DNA of 64,000 bases from NCBI GenBank assembly GCA_010909165.1, contig VJWM01000108.1, forward strand, positions 744,001 through 808,000, given 5' to 3'. The stretch is from Anthoceros angustus (lineage: Eukaryota; Plantae; Anthocerotophyta). The notes under the pieces were generated by a model. It was given only the letters and a program-made list of their open reading frames with translations, was not told where the DNA came from and did not search any database. Of the stretch, positions 36,801-50,437 are shown piece after piece. The translations under genes were made by a program, and so were the position numbers. Every line of letters starts with the position of its first letter. Within the stretch, counting starts at the first letter, position 1.

Positions 36801-38830
36801 TAACATTTCCTATCCTCAAAGCGGAAGCCATACTGCGACTTTGTGCCTGACCCTAATGCTCAGCGGTTTTTGCTCATATCAGTGCGTCTGAGGACATCTT
36901 CCAAGTACACGCACCTCCTAGCAAAGGTATGACAACATCTCCTGACCCTAACTTCCACCTCTAGAGTCCCCAACAAAAGCGGTTGTGGTGACCTCTGTTT
37001 GTAAGGTGGAGAGCAGTGACGGTTATTCAGACATGTGCGATGCTTTGAATCAACAAACCGGAGGATGAAGTTTCCACTGTAAGGCGTCAAGCAAGCTGTT
37101 AGTGCAAGGCTGCACTCTTGAGTTTATGGCGATTTGAATTGATCTTCATTGGATGTGACATGAGCCTCGACTTGCTCTCCTTCTTGGCCTCGACTTTCTT
37201 TTTACGGCGATCACGTTCCAGTGACTGGCACTTAGCACCGATTCACGATTACCTTGTCTTTTCGGTGCGGCGAGGCATCGAGGAATGCTGGTTTTGGTGA
37301 GATATCCTTCTTTCCTTTCCTTCCAAGGTCCTTTTGCCTTCGTTGCAGCAGGACCTTCTCGCCTCGAGCGAGTGCCACTTGATTTATATGCTTTGCTCCT
37401 CTTGCGGAGGCGCTCCAATAACTTCATTCAAGTCCAAGGCAGGCATCCCTTGAACTTGCTTGGTGCGACAACATGAGGAAGCATTCTCTCACGAGATAAA
37501 AGTACGATAGGATGGAGGCAAGCCGGTCAGCAGTTGAGCAACCATCTCCACATTAATCGTCTTGGCTCCCATCGCGACACGGTATGCCGGAGGTACCTCA
37601 ACTTTGTGACATAGGTTCCAAGGATCCCCTTCCTTCATCCTCGAGACTATGGAATTGTTCTCGAACATGAATCAAAGTGCAGAACATTTTGACGGTAAGT
37701 GTCAACTAATCGTTCCAAGCAATTTCTTTCTTGTCTCAAGAACTCGACTTACGTATTTGTTGTCTCATCCAGTCCACTTTCAGTATGGCAAATGCCACTT
37801 TATTCCCTTTGTTCCACTTGGCTATCTCGCCGTGGAGTTCTTTGTCGCCGATTGACGGACAAGGTTGGGATTTGGGATCGAACCATCCACATACTCCCAC
37901 ACATCACGTGCGTTGATGAGCTTTCATCCTAGCTTTCCCGACTTTCGGCAGCGGGTTTCTCAAACCGATCCTTTTCTTTAAATTCTCCCGTGTAAAGTAG
38001 AACCAAGCCTTTCGTTAGTACCCATATTGTTAATGGGTTGTGTAGCAGGGTGGTTGATTCTGCAAATGCCGAGAGAACAAGACCGGAAGCTGCGATGCGA
38101 GGGAATGTAGAAAGTCCTCCTCTACATCGGCGACTCATCTACCTCACTATGGCTCGTCCCAAAAGAAGGCATGAAAGCAGTAAGTAGCATGCCGAGTGTG
38201 GCGTTCGTTGGGTTAGCGGTTCAAAAACTTAACATGATTCAAACGTTATTTTTAGGCAATATGCCTATTCAAATGTGGCTTTTGGTGATGTCGTCGACCA
38301 ACCGTCGTCCGATGACCACGGCGGAGATCAGCAGCACTTCGCCAGCGCCGGTGGTGCCCACCGCTGGCGGAGCGCCCACGATCAACTGATGCAAACTAGG
38401 CCGCCTCGCTTGCTCGCCTCCTTGAGGTGTAGCGGTACGCTGCATCCTCTTGCCAAAGGCAAATCCAAAGAGCGTAAACCGAGTCCAATCCTCTAAAGGT
38501 AGCAGGCCGTGTTCCACAACCTTGATGAGCAGGCGATCAATCCGCCTTCCAACATCACCAAGGCGGTCATTTGCTCCAATGATGTGGTCATCGGACCGAA
38601 TCAATGCGTGATTGCTGAAGCCAATGCTCCAATTGTTGTGATATCGATTGCAATCAAAATTGTCGCTTGACCGAAAACCTCGCTGCAAATTTTGCACGTA
38701 GGCTGGAAATATATAGCCTTGTTTCACGATCGTTCTAACATTGAATTTTCTCATCGAGCATGCTGTTCCTCCTATCCTCGACTCTACTGACTTAAGAGGA
38801 GAATTGCTGTGACTCAAAAAACAACTCAAA
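33886..38830 (-). pseudogene. B2 gag-pol polyprotein, frameshifted
   Basis: ORF fragments 36354-36662 (GHVN..CSSC..LLELIHADIAG..DDDFSRYTWTFPIKHKSDV), 34951-35229 (RT), 34617-34811 (ILALHVDD) and 34152-34418 (RNaseH). Confidence 0.9.
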
Positions 38831-39330
38831 AGCCTTTGTAATCGAAAAGGATGGGTAAGATTCCTCCCGATAGCTATCTCAATTTCACCGGGTGACCGAT
38901 GCCTAGCTCGTGGTTGCGTAAATTCTCAACGGCCCGATGAGGACGATTGGAATTCCTACCAGTCATATCGACAAGATTTTCTAGTGACTTCTAGTTGCAT
39001 CATTTACTAGAAGTTTAGACGTTTCGAATCAATTAACCTAGTGCTAAGCATGCAGGCCTAGAATCCATTATGCACACAACCTAGCCTACCCGAGATAGAG
39101 TGCGCTATATTATGTGCGACGCATCTATAGACGATTGCAGCACTAAATTGTATTATGCTCCCGATACTATGTAAATAACAACGCGGAAGCTCTCGTACAC
39201 CAAACTCACATGTGCACAAGAGAATGAACAACAACTAAATTCAACGAACAAAATTGTGTCTTATATACTTCCATCAACGAAACCCTAATGTTAACCATGC
39301 GAGGTTAAGACCTCAACAAATAACCTAATG

Positions 39331-41190
39331 AGATGGGGTGTGGCGGCTTGGTGGAGCAAGGAAGAAAGCATCTCCTGCAGAGTGTTAAATTCAAGCACCA
39401 GACACCATTTTGTTGTGGTGTGTACGACATGAAGTTGTCCTATCCCCTCATCTCGCACAATAGGCTTGAAATTCGTTTGATGTGAATTCACTACCATTGT
39501 CGAATCTAGAGGGTTTTCACTGCTTTCCAGTCCATCTCTCGTATACTTCATGTAGTCTTTAAACAGGAGAAGTATTCACTTTGGCTTTAATATAAGCCAT
39601 GACAAACCGGTCTTGTCGTGAATGTTAGGAAATATCCGCCACCACCAATTGAGGGTCGTAAAGTGGCCCACATATGTCGTGTGGACGAGCTCAAGAACGA
39701 TGAAGCCCCGTGAGGAGACGCTTGGAGCATGTGCTGCACAAAGTGGTAAGGGTGGCAAACCGCCAATTTTTCCATCACCATACATGTCACTAGTTTCTCG
39801 TGAACTGCACCGTGAGGGTGACCTAAACGCGTGCATGCCATAACCTAGCTTTTTCTATACGCTGCGCTTTGCGCTTGTCTCTTAAGACTTAGAAGCTAAG
39901 TGTGTTCGCATCCGGTGGTGTGCAAACGAATAGATCATGGTCCATGGAACCATAAGCTATTACTGATGATCAAATGCATCGATGATCCTACATTCGTGGA
40001 GTGACAGGATATGGTTGTTATCCATGTTGAGCTTCCTAATGTAGATGAGGTTCCTAGTCATTTCGTGGACATGATACACATCTATGAGTAAGAGTGTGAT
40101 CCCCGAAGGAACTGGAATTTTCACTGCCTATTCCTAGAGACACAAGTGATCTATCGTCACCGTAAACGAACGATCTTTAGCTGGTCTATATGACGAATGC
40201 GTTTCTATCGAAACTAATGTGCGCCTTGTTATTTGTATCAAGGTACCACTCATCGTCTCCCTTGTGTGTTTGTTGGAGACATGTGGGGTTAGCAAGATGA
40301 GCAAACTCCTAGTCCCTACCGTGGATGAAGGGAAGCTTGCTTTTTCACCATGGCGTGTGTCTCAAAAGTGGGGTTGCCCTCCTTGCGAGGTACCTGCTTC
40401 TTTTCGACACTTGCTTTCCCAATGACACGGTCGCAGTGGCATTTTCCGTCTTCTTGGGTTTCTTCGTGAAGTAGCTCGTGTGACCTGCTAGCACTTGAGG
40501 TATTCTGTTTACCTCCGGGTTAGGCTTGCTGCCTTTGTTCATTTGTGGTGTAAAGAGCCGCTTGCCACATGCTTAGTTCCTCTTGTTGCTTCTTCCCGAG
40601 AAGAGCTCTCACTAACTCGAAACGTTGTTTGGGAAGGGTAAAGCCTCAGCCTTAGCTAGTTTCGCCAAGCTGCGGCGTAGGACGTCACAAAGTGTGACCA
40701 TGACTGGGAGTGACATCATGAAATACAATGTGAGTAAATCATGCTTGAGATTCACGAAGCGCTCTAGCTTAGAAACCAGTGTTCTAAAGAATCCAAGATG
40801 TTTTTCAATTGTATCTCTCTCTTTTGCGATTCGAACATTGCGTCTTGTGACTTGTGGTATTTGTGCTGCGTATAGATCTTGAAGCCTGGACCATATCTCG
40901 GTGAAGTCTTGCATCCAGAGGTCTGTCTCGCATGTCGAGGTCAACCCACTCCGGATCGTACATGGCGCTTCATCCCTAATATATTGTCCATGCATCCCGA
41001 TTCTTCTTTTCGAATAGAAGGAGTGGAGTCGGCGTACAATGGCGAAACTTGTCCTCCCTTTGGCCAGCTTCCATAGCTGCTTGTTTTGTAGTGCTCCTCG
41101 CATCGCATAACCTAGATATCATAATCGCTCCCCAAATGTCCTTTTCCTTGAAGCCATCTCCACCAAGGTTAGTGTTTGGCTCACCATGTT
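39331..41190 (-). pseudogene. Element A gag-PR-integrase core, unit 4 (right of B2)
   Basis: ORF 40612-41103 gives the clearest Gag/UBN2-like translation; 39587-39841 gives the pre-integrase/integrase start. Confidence 0.85.
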
Positions 41191-42343
41191 TAGGATTTTG
41201 TAGGTCCTTCCTCATTAGGATTTTATATCATTAGACTAATGCTCTGTCGACCTAACTCTCGCAGTCAACGGGGCTAATGGTTCAAGGGTATCTAAGATGC
41301 TATTGATGCATCAAAGATGGGCAAACGCGCCGCTTTTACAAAGGGTTAGCATGTGCGTAGCCCGGTGAGTTGACAGTGCATTTGAACTCTTGCAATCCTT
41401 TGTTTTCTAATCTCCCACTTGTTAAATGCGTAGGTGGAGCAAGAGGACATGAATTTGGAGCATCAAATGTATGCGCTTATTGTTTTATTTGCACGCTTAC
41501 ATGCAACACCCACAGGTTAGCAAGTAAAGCGGGCTTTAACAATGTAAGCAACTTGAAGTCCAAATGTCCTATGCTCTTTCGGATCTTGTAAGTCTACCGA
41601 TAGCGCGTTTCGGATGTTTTGAAAACGTCTATCAACATGTTGCGGTGTGCTTCAATTCGCATTTAAGCGTGATACACTTGTGTGTGGTGCGACATGTGTG
41701 GTCGAAACCCCGATTCAGGTACCATGGAATGCTCGCAACACACGCCTTGAAGATTGTTAGGGTTTCTAGGTGGAGGGCAAACACGGATGGCGCTGACGAG
41801 AGAGTCGCAATCAATGTGTTGAATGACTGCCTTACTTCAAGAGCAAGTGCGGGCTGATTTTGCGTTGACTGTCCATTCACGTGTTGGTGGAGTGCTTGCA
41901 ATCATTTTGCTGGCACTCCTTGCCCTCTGGCGGTCTCGTGGAATGCGCTCGGCGTGGCTGCCATTGTTGCCCGTCCAATAGATTGGCCATTCATTTGGCT
42001 AGGATTTGTGTTTTAGAATTTTTCGAGAACCATTTTTGTAATTCTATATGATTTTATATAAAGATTTTTGCCAATTAGCGGTTGTTCTAGTGTACCTAGT
42101 GTCAAATTGCTCTACACAATCGACAACAAGGTGCACTAGAACGAACTCTAGAAATGCAAATTTTCTAAATAAAAATCAAGAAAAGAAACTACAAGTTGGT
42201 TTCTTGATCATTTTCTTGTTTTCTCATTAGAAAATTATTTTCTAAACAAGAAACAAACACAAACACATATTTGTGCACATCCAAATGTGCCCAATTTAAT
42301 GTGCATTCTCATGAATGCAATCTATGCATAGCTCTCGATACCA

Positions 42344-42571
42344 TAACAAAATATGTAATGGGTGCGGATCAATTAACATATTATTAATTACATTGTATAT
42401 ATGTATATAAGGAAAAACAAGTATATGAAAGCGAGAACTAGACTTAACTTAATAATGAAAAGGCATGACTCTTTTAAAGGATTAACCCTAATGAAAAGGG
42501 TAAGTAAACTAAATTAAATCTAAGTGCACACTCTATATATGTAGATATAACTAAACCGAAATAACTCAACA
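42344..42571 (-). mobile_element. Element A LTR (shared copy 5)
   Basis: PBS remnant at 42331-42343; PPT-like flank on the right. Confidence 0.8.
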
Positions 42572-42583
42572 CTACTATCTCCA

Positions 42584-43245
42584 TTATGGCTGGCAATGGC
42601 TGGCCAAAATCAAGAATGGCAACGCCTGATAATGGTCCATACAATGGCTGGCCCCATATGGCCCCACAATGGTGGCTGGCCATTACAATGGCCTGCGCCC
42701 CATGCACGCCATACAATGGCTGGCCTACAATGGCTGGCCATACAATGGCTGGCATACAATCCCATACAATGGCTGGCCATACAATACATACAATGGGTCC
42801 CCACAATGGCTGGCCATACAATGGCCCCACAATGGTTGCCATACAATGGTGGCCCCATATGGCCCCACAATGGCTGGCCCCACAATGGCTACATACAATG
42901 GCTGGCGACAATGGTGCTCTCAATGGCTGGCCCGACAATGGTGGCTGACAATGGTGGCCCGACAATGGCTGGCCATACAATTAGCCGACAATGGTGACCA
43001 TACAATGGCTGGCCCTTCTTGCCCGGCAATGGCTGGCCCGACAATGGCTGGCCATACAATGGATGGCCAAAATCCAAGAATGGCGCCTAACGCCCGGCAA
43101 TGGCGCCCGACGATGGTTGGCCCGATGATGGTGACCGGCGGTGGCTGGCCCGACAATGGCGGGCATAAAATGGCTGGCAAAATCCGAATGGCGCGCCCGA
43201 CAATGGCCCGAAAATGGCTCAGCCATACAATGGTCATATAATGGC
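42584..43245. repeat. CAATGG minisatellite, unit 5
   Basis: Direct inspection. Confidence 0.95.
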
Positions 43246-43369
43246 CCGCATGTACAAACATGTACCATCGGGGAGTGCGCCTTGCTTGTGGGTGTAGAGG
43301 TGGCACCTACTCATAATAAGAACACTTAAGAAAATGCCAAAGAGCGTGGCGTATACTAGTATTAAGCCT

Positions 43370-43697
43370 CATAACAATAATAAAGAGTTTAAAAATGAAG
43401 AACACATTTCGAGAAAAATATTTTACAACGTAATCTACAACAAGGAGCCACATCATCAATCGCTGATATATATTACCTCAAATCATATTTTTGATTAATA
43501 ATAAAAGAGTTTTATAAATAAAGATCATTTTGAGAAAAATATTTTACAATGTAATCTATAACAAGGAAGCCACATCATCAATTGCTATTGTAAATGGCTT
43601 CCAATCATATTTTTGATTAATGATGATAAAAATATTTTTGAAGAAATAAAGATCAAAATTTGAGAAAAAGGCTTTACAACGTAATCTACAACAAGGG
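43370..43697. repeat. AT-rich ~125-bp minisatellite, unit 5 (shortened, same deletion as unit 4)
   Basis: Three monomer cores. Confidence 0.85.
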
Positions 43698-43719
43698 AGA
43701 CAATAACCGATGGCTGGCC

Positions 43720-44158
43720 CCACAGGAGAGGTTCTTTGCTATGAAGTCATTAAAAATTGCTTCATCGCCTCCTCATCATTTTGATGTTGTTCTTCTTCCC
43801 CAGAGCAATCTCTCCAAGTCAAAGTCGTGAAAAAGTTACGCGTGAAGAGAGAGGTCGAAATCTCCTGTGTGGTGGGAATCACTTGTGGTAAGGCTTCATC
43901 AAAGGTGACCGCGTGTGACCACCTTGTTCGAGTACGTCATAAAGCTTGTAAGTTTTTATACCTTCTGTATCCTATCATAAGGAATTTCTTGGCCTTAGCT
44001 AACTTGGTTCTCTTGGCCTTAGGAATGAAAGCGTAAGCTATGCAACAAGGTTCAAGATGAAGGATAGCTGGTTTTCTACCAAAGAAAGCTTCATAAGTAT
44101 GTCCTAAGGCTGCAGGGCAATCTGCGTAAATAAACAAAACATCATGAGGGCCTCAAAG
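43720..44158 (-). pseudogene. Element A integrase C-terminal part, unit 5
   Basis: ORF 43937-44137: YEAFFGRKPAILHL..CIAYAFIPKAKRTKLAKAKKFLMIGY. Confidence 0.8.
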
Positions 44159-47100
44159 TGTAAATAAATAGCAGAAGCTCTCGTACCAAACTCACATGCA
44201 CAAGAGAATGAACAACAACTAAATTCAACGATCAAAATTGTGTCTTATATACTTCCATGAAACCCTAATGTTAACCATGCGAGGTTAACTAGACCTCAAC
44301 AAATAACCCTAACACTCCTCTTAACGAGCACAGGTTAGCACGGAATCTAGGAGAAGCGGTGTCTAGGGCTACGCTCCGTTTCCGCCTTGGAGCGTAAAGG
44401 CTGCAAGCGGAGCGTGGTGGCTAAGGGTTAAGCTTCGGACGTGAACGCGAGGAAAGCGATGTCGGTGTGGCCATGAAGAGAAATAGCAAGCTTGCGCTTG
44501 CGGTCTGTGCATTATAGCGGCGAGCATAGCGGCGAGCACGGCATGGAGGCATGGCGCAAGTGGAACCTGCTACCAAGGAAGGAGTGGCCACCACCAAGGC
44601 TGGAGCGGCCTCTTGGACTTGAACTCGAGAATTTCGGTGATGGTCGACCCAAGTCCCTCTTGTCATGAAGAGGATAAGCATTGGCCGCAGTGTACTCAAT
44701 CGGTCTCACACCTCATCGCGACCACAAGAAGATGGAGGAGCTCGACCCGTCTTGATTAGCCAAATTGAGGTCAATTGTGGAAGACACGGTAGGTAGAATC
44801 CTCCTCACGTGCCCGCATGTTTCTACTTACAGTTCGAGATTGGAAGATGGTCAAGGAGGAGGAAATGGCTTCTGGGCACACTTGGAGATGAGCACAGTGT
44901 GGGGCCAACATAAAACCCCTACCCTCCTTCACAAGATGGTAAGCAACTCAAAGTCACTATTTGTATTGGTAGTCGATGCAGATCAGCTCACGTCTGGATT
45001 GTATCTTTATTAATTCATCCTTTACTGCGGTGAGAGGGTGCCTGCATACAAGAGTACCACCTAGTGCCATGTGGTTTCCTTAACCTATATGCACAGAGCA
45101 GTAGGGACATGCCTCCGCAGTGCCGGCAACTGTAAAGCAATCCCTGCGAGGACATGCCACTATTCACAATAACGCCTGCCATAGGTTGGTGAATTTCTAG
45201 GTTGCGATGGGCATAGAAAACACCTCATCCAAAGTGCAAGGTGCTTGTAGTGCTTTGGCTTACTTAAGCCTTTGTAAGAATGTCGGCAACATTATCTTGA
45301 TCTTCGACATACTCCACTTTGCCTATGCCTTTCACCACATCTCGAATGTAATGGTGGTACAACTCAATATGCTTGGTTCTTGCATGGGCGGGGTTAGACA
45401 CCAAGGCGAGATGAAGTTGGCTCATGGTAAGTGAGCATCAAGAAATTGCGTTCCCATTCTAACTCCTTACGCATCCGAGGCCTTTACTCGGCGTCGAGGG
45501 CAGTGCAAGAGAAGAGGCGCTTCTTACAAGACATTAATGGCACCTTGTGCCGGCAAGAAGAAACATGGTACGGACTTTTCCTAGTGTCCACATCGATGCC
45601 CAACTCGGCATCGCAAATGCATAAGTCAAACTCCCTCTTGCTAGTCACGGTGTGGTAGGGCATTGACCCTCAAGGTAGCGATATGCTCGTTTACTTGACG
45701 CAGTGTGCTTTGCCGGTGCCTTCAAGAATTGCGACACAACACTAACGAGTAGGCGATGTCGGGTGTCATTGGCAGAAAAATTAAACCACCTCAGACGGAA
45801 CTCCAGATCATCATAGCCTCATCAACATCCTGTGGTGGCTGGTCCGGTAAGCTTTTTCATGGGTGTTGAGGTCAAATTAAACCTCTTAAGGATTTCTTTT
45901 ATGTATTTGGTGCGATGTAGAATGATGGTGCCGTGTGGCATGGGATCTGTCATCGAAGAGGCAAGCGACCCATGGGACCTAAGAAGGCCTTTCACAAGTC
46001 GCTCGGGGTGATTGCTCAAGTGCATCATCTACATGAAGGCAAGGATGACAAGCATTCGAGGTAAAACATTAGAGTCTGGTGATTGAACAAAGCCATGCTT
46101 TTGAGGAACTTCATGATCCTCTTGTACCACGAGGGCTCTGCTTAAGCCCATATAAGGTTTTCAACGGCTTGTAGACTTTATTAGGAAATTGCTTATCAAC
46201 AAATCCTTAGTTGGTCCATATATAAGACCTCTCGAGTTCCCGTGAAGAAAGGCCGTGCAAACATCCATCCGTGGAGTTCGAGATCAAAGTGAGCAATAGC
46301 AAAATGAAGAGGAAGGCGGTTTGACAATGGCGAAAAAGTGTCTCCATAATCGATTCCGTGTGAGAAACCCCGCTACTAGTGATTTATACTGCAATTGCCT
46401 TTGATTTAGTTTTGAAAACCCACTTACATGTGATAGGTTTCGGCCGGGAGGCAAGTCTGCGAGTTCATGTTGTTCTTCACCAAGTTATACTCATCATCAA
46501 TCGAAATCCTCCAATGTTTACCATCAGCCCTTCAAGTGCCTTTGTAACTCGAGGATCGAGGCCTAACTTGCACATGTATATACATCACATGAGCTAATTA
46601 TGCTCGATGCACGGAGGTTCACTCTGCCCGTGGGCGGCGTTCACGGACAGATACCGGTAGTATCACGCAAGGTCGAGGTGCTCCTCTTCATCCGTATGAT
46701 CTAAATTTAGAGACTCTTCCAACCAAGAGAACACGTCACTATGACTTGCAACACTTGCGACATCGCATCCAGTCTGATTCGTAAGCGGCATCGCAAGATG
46801 TTCATCTTTATCCTCAAGTTCGAGTGATCTACATTGGAAGCTCATCATCTACAGATTAGGGTTCGAGGAAGAGGCATCTCTGTTGGCGGTGGGCGAGGAT
46901 TTATCAACTCATCCACACGGTGCTTGATCATCGATGTCGGTGACTCTCCATCGGTGAGGATAATGGATCGGGGTGGGTGCTCGCCACTAGTGAATTGGAG
47001 CGAGAAGAGCCGCCAGAGCCCCTCCCTGTCGATCACCGAAGACAAGCTCCTTGAAAGTTGCACTTCTAGGCAGTTATTTTGATGTTCTTTGGATCAAGCG

Positions 47101-50100
47101 GTTTGTAGGCCTTTGACTCCTCGGTATCCAACAAACACCAATTGTTTGCATCATCTAACTTCTTGCGCTTTGCTTGGTATGAATGCAAATTTGGTGATCA
47201 AAGACCTTGAGATGTGACAAGCTTGGCTTCCTTCCCCGAGCTTCATAAGGTGTCTTTCGAGGCGAGGCATGTGACTACCTGTTCAACAAGTAAGTTGTCT
47301 CACAACACATACGCAATAGCTTTTATGCAGCCCTATGTGATAACATGCATCTAGTCATTCCCATAAATTAATGGTTTTTCCTCTCGGAACCCGTTTCTTT
47401 GCTGTAGGAATGAGAGTTGGCGAATAATTAAGCTAGCTGGAAGAGATCATCAAACTTGGCTGTGAATTCTCCTCCGTTATCGATCTGAAACACTTCACCA
47501 AATGGCACATCTAGCGTTGCACCATAGGGATCCGATAAACAATCTAATCATACACATCACTCTTATGTTTGATGGGAAATGTCCATGTGTATCGTGAAAA
47601 ATCGATACATGTTAGATAGTATTCAGCACCTCCTAACGACTTGACCTGAATTTTTCCAATATCGGCATGTATGAGTTCAACAAGGCCTTTGGATTAGGTG
47701 TCTTGTTCTTAAATGGTAGCTCCTTGGGCGGTACATGAGTCGCAAGACTCTAAAAGCTTGAAGCAGAAGGTAACTTCCCTATACAACTGAATTGGCCATG
47801 ACGTTGGCTTGAACTTGTTGACATGACCCAACCTTGCATGCCAGATTAGCTTGATGCATGATCACGGCCACTAAAGCCCTAGCTCTAGACTTGGTAATCT
47901 GTGACTAAATGGTACGGATCATTGTGAGTATGGCCTTAGCTACATAGTCTTGTGGGTTACTAAGCTCATAAATGTAACATTTCCTATCCTCAAAGCGGAA
48001 GCCATACTGCGACTTTGTGCCACGCCCTAATGCTCAGCAGGTTTTGCTCATATCAGTCGTCTGGGGACATCTTCCAAGTACAAGCACCTCCTAGCAAAGG
48101 TATGACAACATCTCCACATTATAACTTCTACACCTCTAGAGTCCCCAACAAAACCGTGTGGTGACCTCTGTTGTGTAAGGTGGAGAAATGAGTTGTTACA
48201 TGTGCGTGAATCAACAAACCGGAGGATGAAGTTTCCACTGTGACGTCAAGCAAAGCTGCAAGTACAGGCTGCTCTTGGGTTTCGCTGATTTGAAGAATTG
48301 ATCTTCACATTGGATGTGACATGAGCCTCAGCTTGCTCTCCTTCTTGGCCTCGCCACACTTTCTTTTCGGCGATCCGTTCCCTGACACGCACTGGCACTT
48401 GCGATTACCAGTCTTTTCGGTGCGGGCATCGAGGAATGCTGGTTTTGAGGTGAGATATCCTTCTTTCCTTTCCCCTTCCAAGGTCCTTTGCCTTCGTTGC
48501 AAACAGACCTTCTCGCCTCGAGCGAGTGCCACTTGATTTATATGCTTTGCTCCTCTTGCGGGGCGCTCAATGACTTCATTCAAGTCCAAATGGGGCCAGC
48601 TGCTTGGTAGGCGCACATGAGGAAGCATTCATCGAGATAAAAGTCGATAGGATGGAGGCAAGCGGTCAGCAGTTGAGCAACCATCTCCACATTAGTCGTC
48701 TTGGCTCCCATCGCGGGCGTGCCGGAGGTACCTCAACTTTGTGACATAGGTTCCAAGATCCCTTCCTTCATCCTCGACTATGGAATTGTTCTCGAACATG
48801 AATCAAAGGTGCGAGACATTTTGACCGTAAGTGTCAACTAAGCGGTTCCAAAGCACTTCTCTCAAGGAACTCGACTTACATTTGTTGTCTCATCCACCAC
48901 TCAGTATGGCAAATGCCACTTTATTCCCTTTGTTCCACTTGGCTATCTCATCACCGTGGGTTCATCTTTGATTGGCCGGGACAAGGTTGGGATTTGGGAT
49001 CGAACCATCCACATACTCCCACACATCACGTGCGTTCGGATGAGCTTTCATCCTAGCTTTCCATTTCGAAGATGCGGGTTTCGTCAAACCGATCCTTTTC
49101 TTTAAATTCTCCCGTGTAAGTAGAACCAAGCCCTTTCGTTAGTACCCATATTGTTAATGGGTTGTTGGTAGCAGGGTGGTTGATTCTAAAATGCCGAAGG
49201 CAGGGGAAGCTGCGATGCGGAATGTAGAAAGTCCTCCTCTACATCGGCGACTCATCTACCTCACTACTCGACTCGTCCCAAAAGAAGGCATGAAGCGGTA
49301 AGTAGCATGCCGATGGCGTTCGTTAAGGTTAGCGGTGGTTCAAAAACTTAACATGATTCAAAGCGTTATTTTTAGGGCAATATGCCTATTCAAATGTGGC
49401 TTTGGCGATGTCGACTGGACCAACCGTCATGTCGATGACCACGGCGGTTGAGATCAGCTGCAGACCCGTCGCCGGTGGGCGATGCCACTGCGATGGGCGC
49501 CCACCGGCATCGTGCAAACTAGGCGCCTCGGTTTGCCTCCCTTGGTGTAGCGGTGTAGCTGCATCCCTTCATCAAAGGCAAATCCAGCAGGCAGTCCAAT
49601 CCTCTAAAGGTAGCGGCGGTGTTGACGTCAACCCTTGATGAGCGTGAGGCGAATCAACGCCTTCCAACATCGATAGCGGTCATTTGCTCCAATGATGTGG
49701 TCATCGGCCTGTTGCGAATGCGAATTCTTTGAAGCCAATGCTCAATTGTTGTGATCTTGGATTGCATTAAAGTCGCTTCTTGGGGAAAACCTCGCTGCAA
49801 ATTTTGCACGTAGGCTGGAAATATATAGCCTTGTTTCACGATCGTCTTCTAACAGAATTTTCTCGATACGGCGTGCTCCTCCTATCCTCGACTCTCTTAC
49901 ATTAAGAGGAGAATTGTTGTGACTCAAAAACAACTTCGGCAAGCCTTTGTGGAGTAAAGGATGGGTAAGATTCCTCTTCCGATAGCTATCTCAATTTCTC
50001 TTGGGTGGTGATGCTAGCCACAGCGTTTGCGAGAAATTCTCAACACCGATGAGGACGATTGGAATTCCTACAGTCATATCGACAAGATTTTCTAGTGACT

Positions 50101-50437
50101 TCTAGTTGCATCATTTACTAGAAGTTTAGGCGTTTCGAATCAATTAACCTAGTGCTAAGCATGCGGGGCCTGATCCATTATGCACACAACCTAGCCTACT
50201 CACGAGATAGGCGCTATATTATATCTGCGATCTATAGACTTTGCACTAAATTGTATTATGCTCGATACTATGTAACAATAAATAGCAGCGGAAGCTCTCG
50301 TACACCAAACTCACATGTGCACAAGAGAATGAACAACAACTAAATTCAACGAACAAAATTGTGTCTTATATACTTCCATCAACGAAACCCTAATGTTAAC
50401 CATGCGAGGTTAACTAGACCTCAACAAATAACCTACA
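44159..50437 (-). mobile_element. Ty1/copia element B, copy 3 (full length)
   Basis: LTRs at 44159-44314 and 50271-50437; PBS remnant at ~50260-50270; same insertion point in A as B1 and B2. Confidence 0.92.
45197..49930 (-). pseudogene. B3 gag-pol polyprotein, frameshifted
   Basis: Colinear with B1 and B2 throughout; RNaseH stop at 45197-45199. Confidence 0.88.

Larger units (their letters stand above)
32781..39330 (-). mobile_element. Ty1/copia element B, copy 2 (full length)
   Basis: LTRs at 32781-32943 and 39170-39330; PPT complement CTCCCTCTTAACC at 32944-32956; degenerate PBS at ~39157-39169; AGATG target sequence at 39331-39335. Confidence 0.92.

Noticed and set aside
15390-50437. 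Element B as a sequence-specific integrator that hit A three times independently
   Set aside because: LTR polymorphisms sort by left versus right position rather than by element, and units 4 and 5 share a flanking deletion. One insertion plus duplication explains both.
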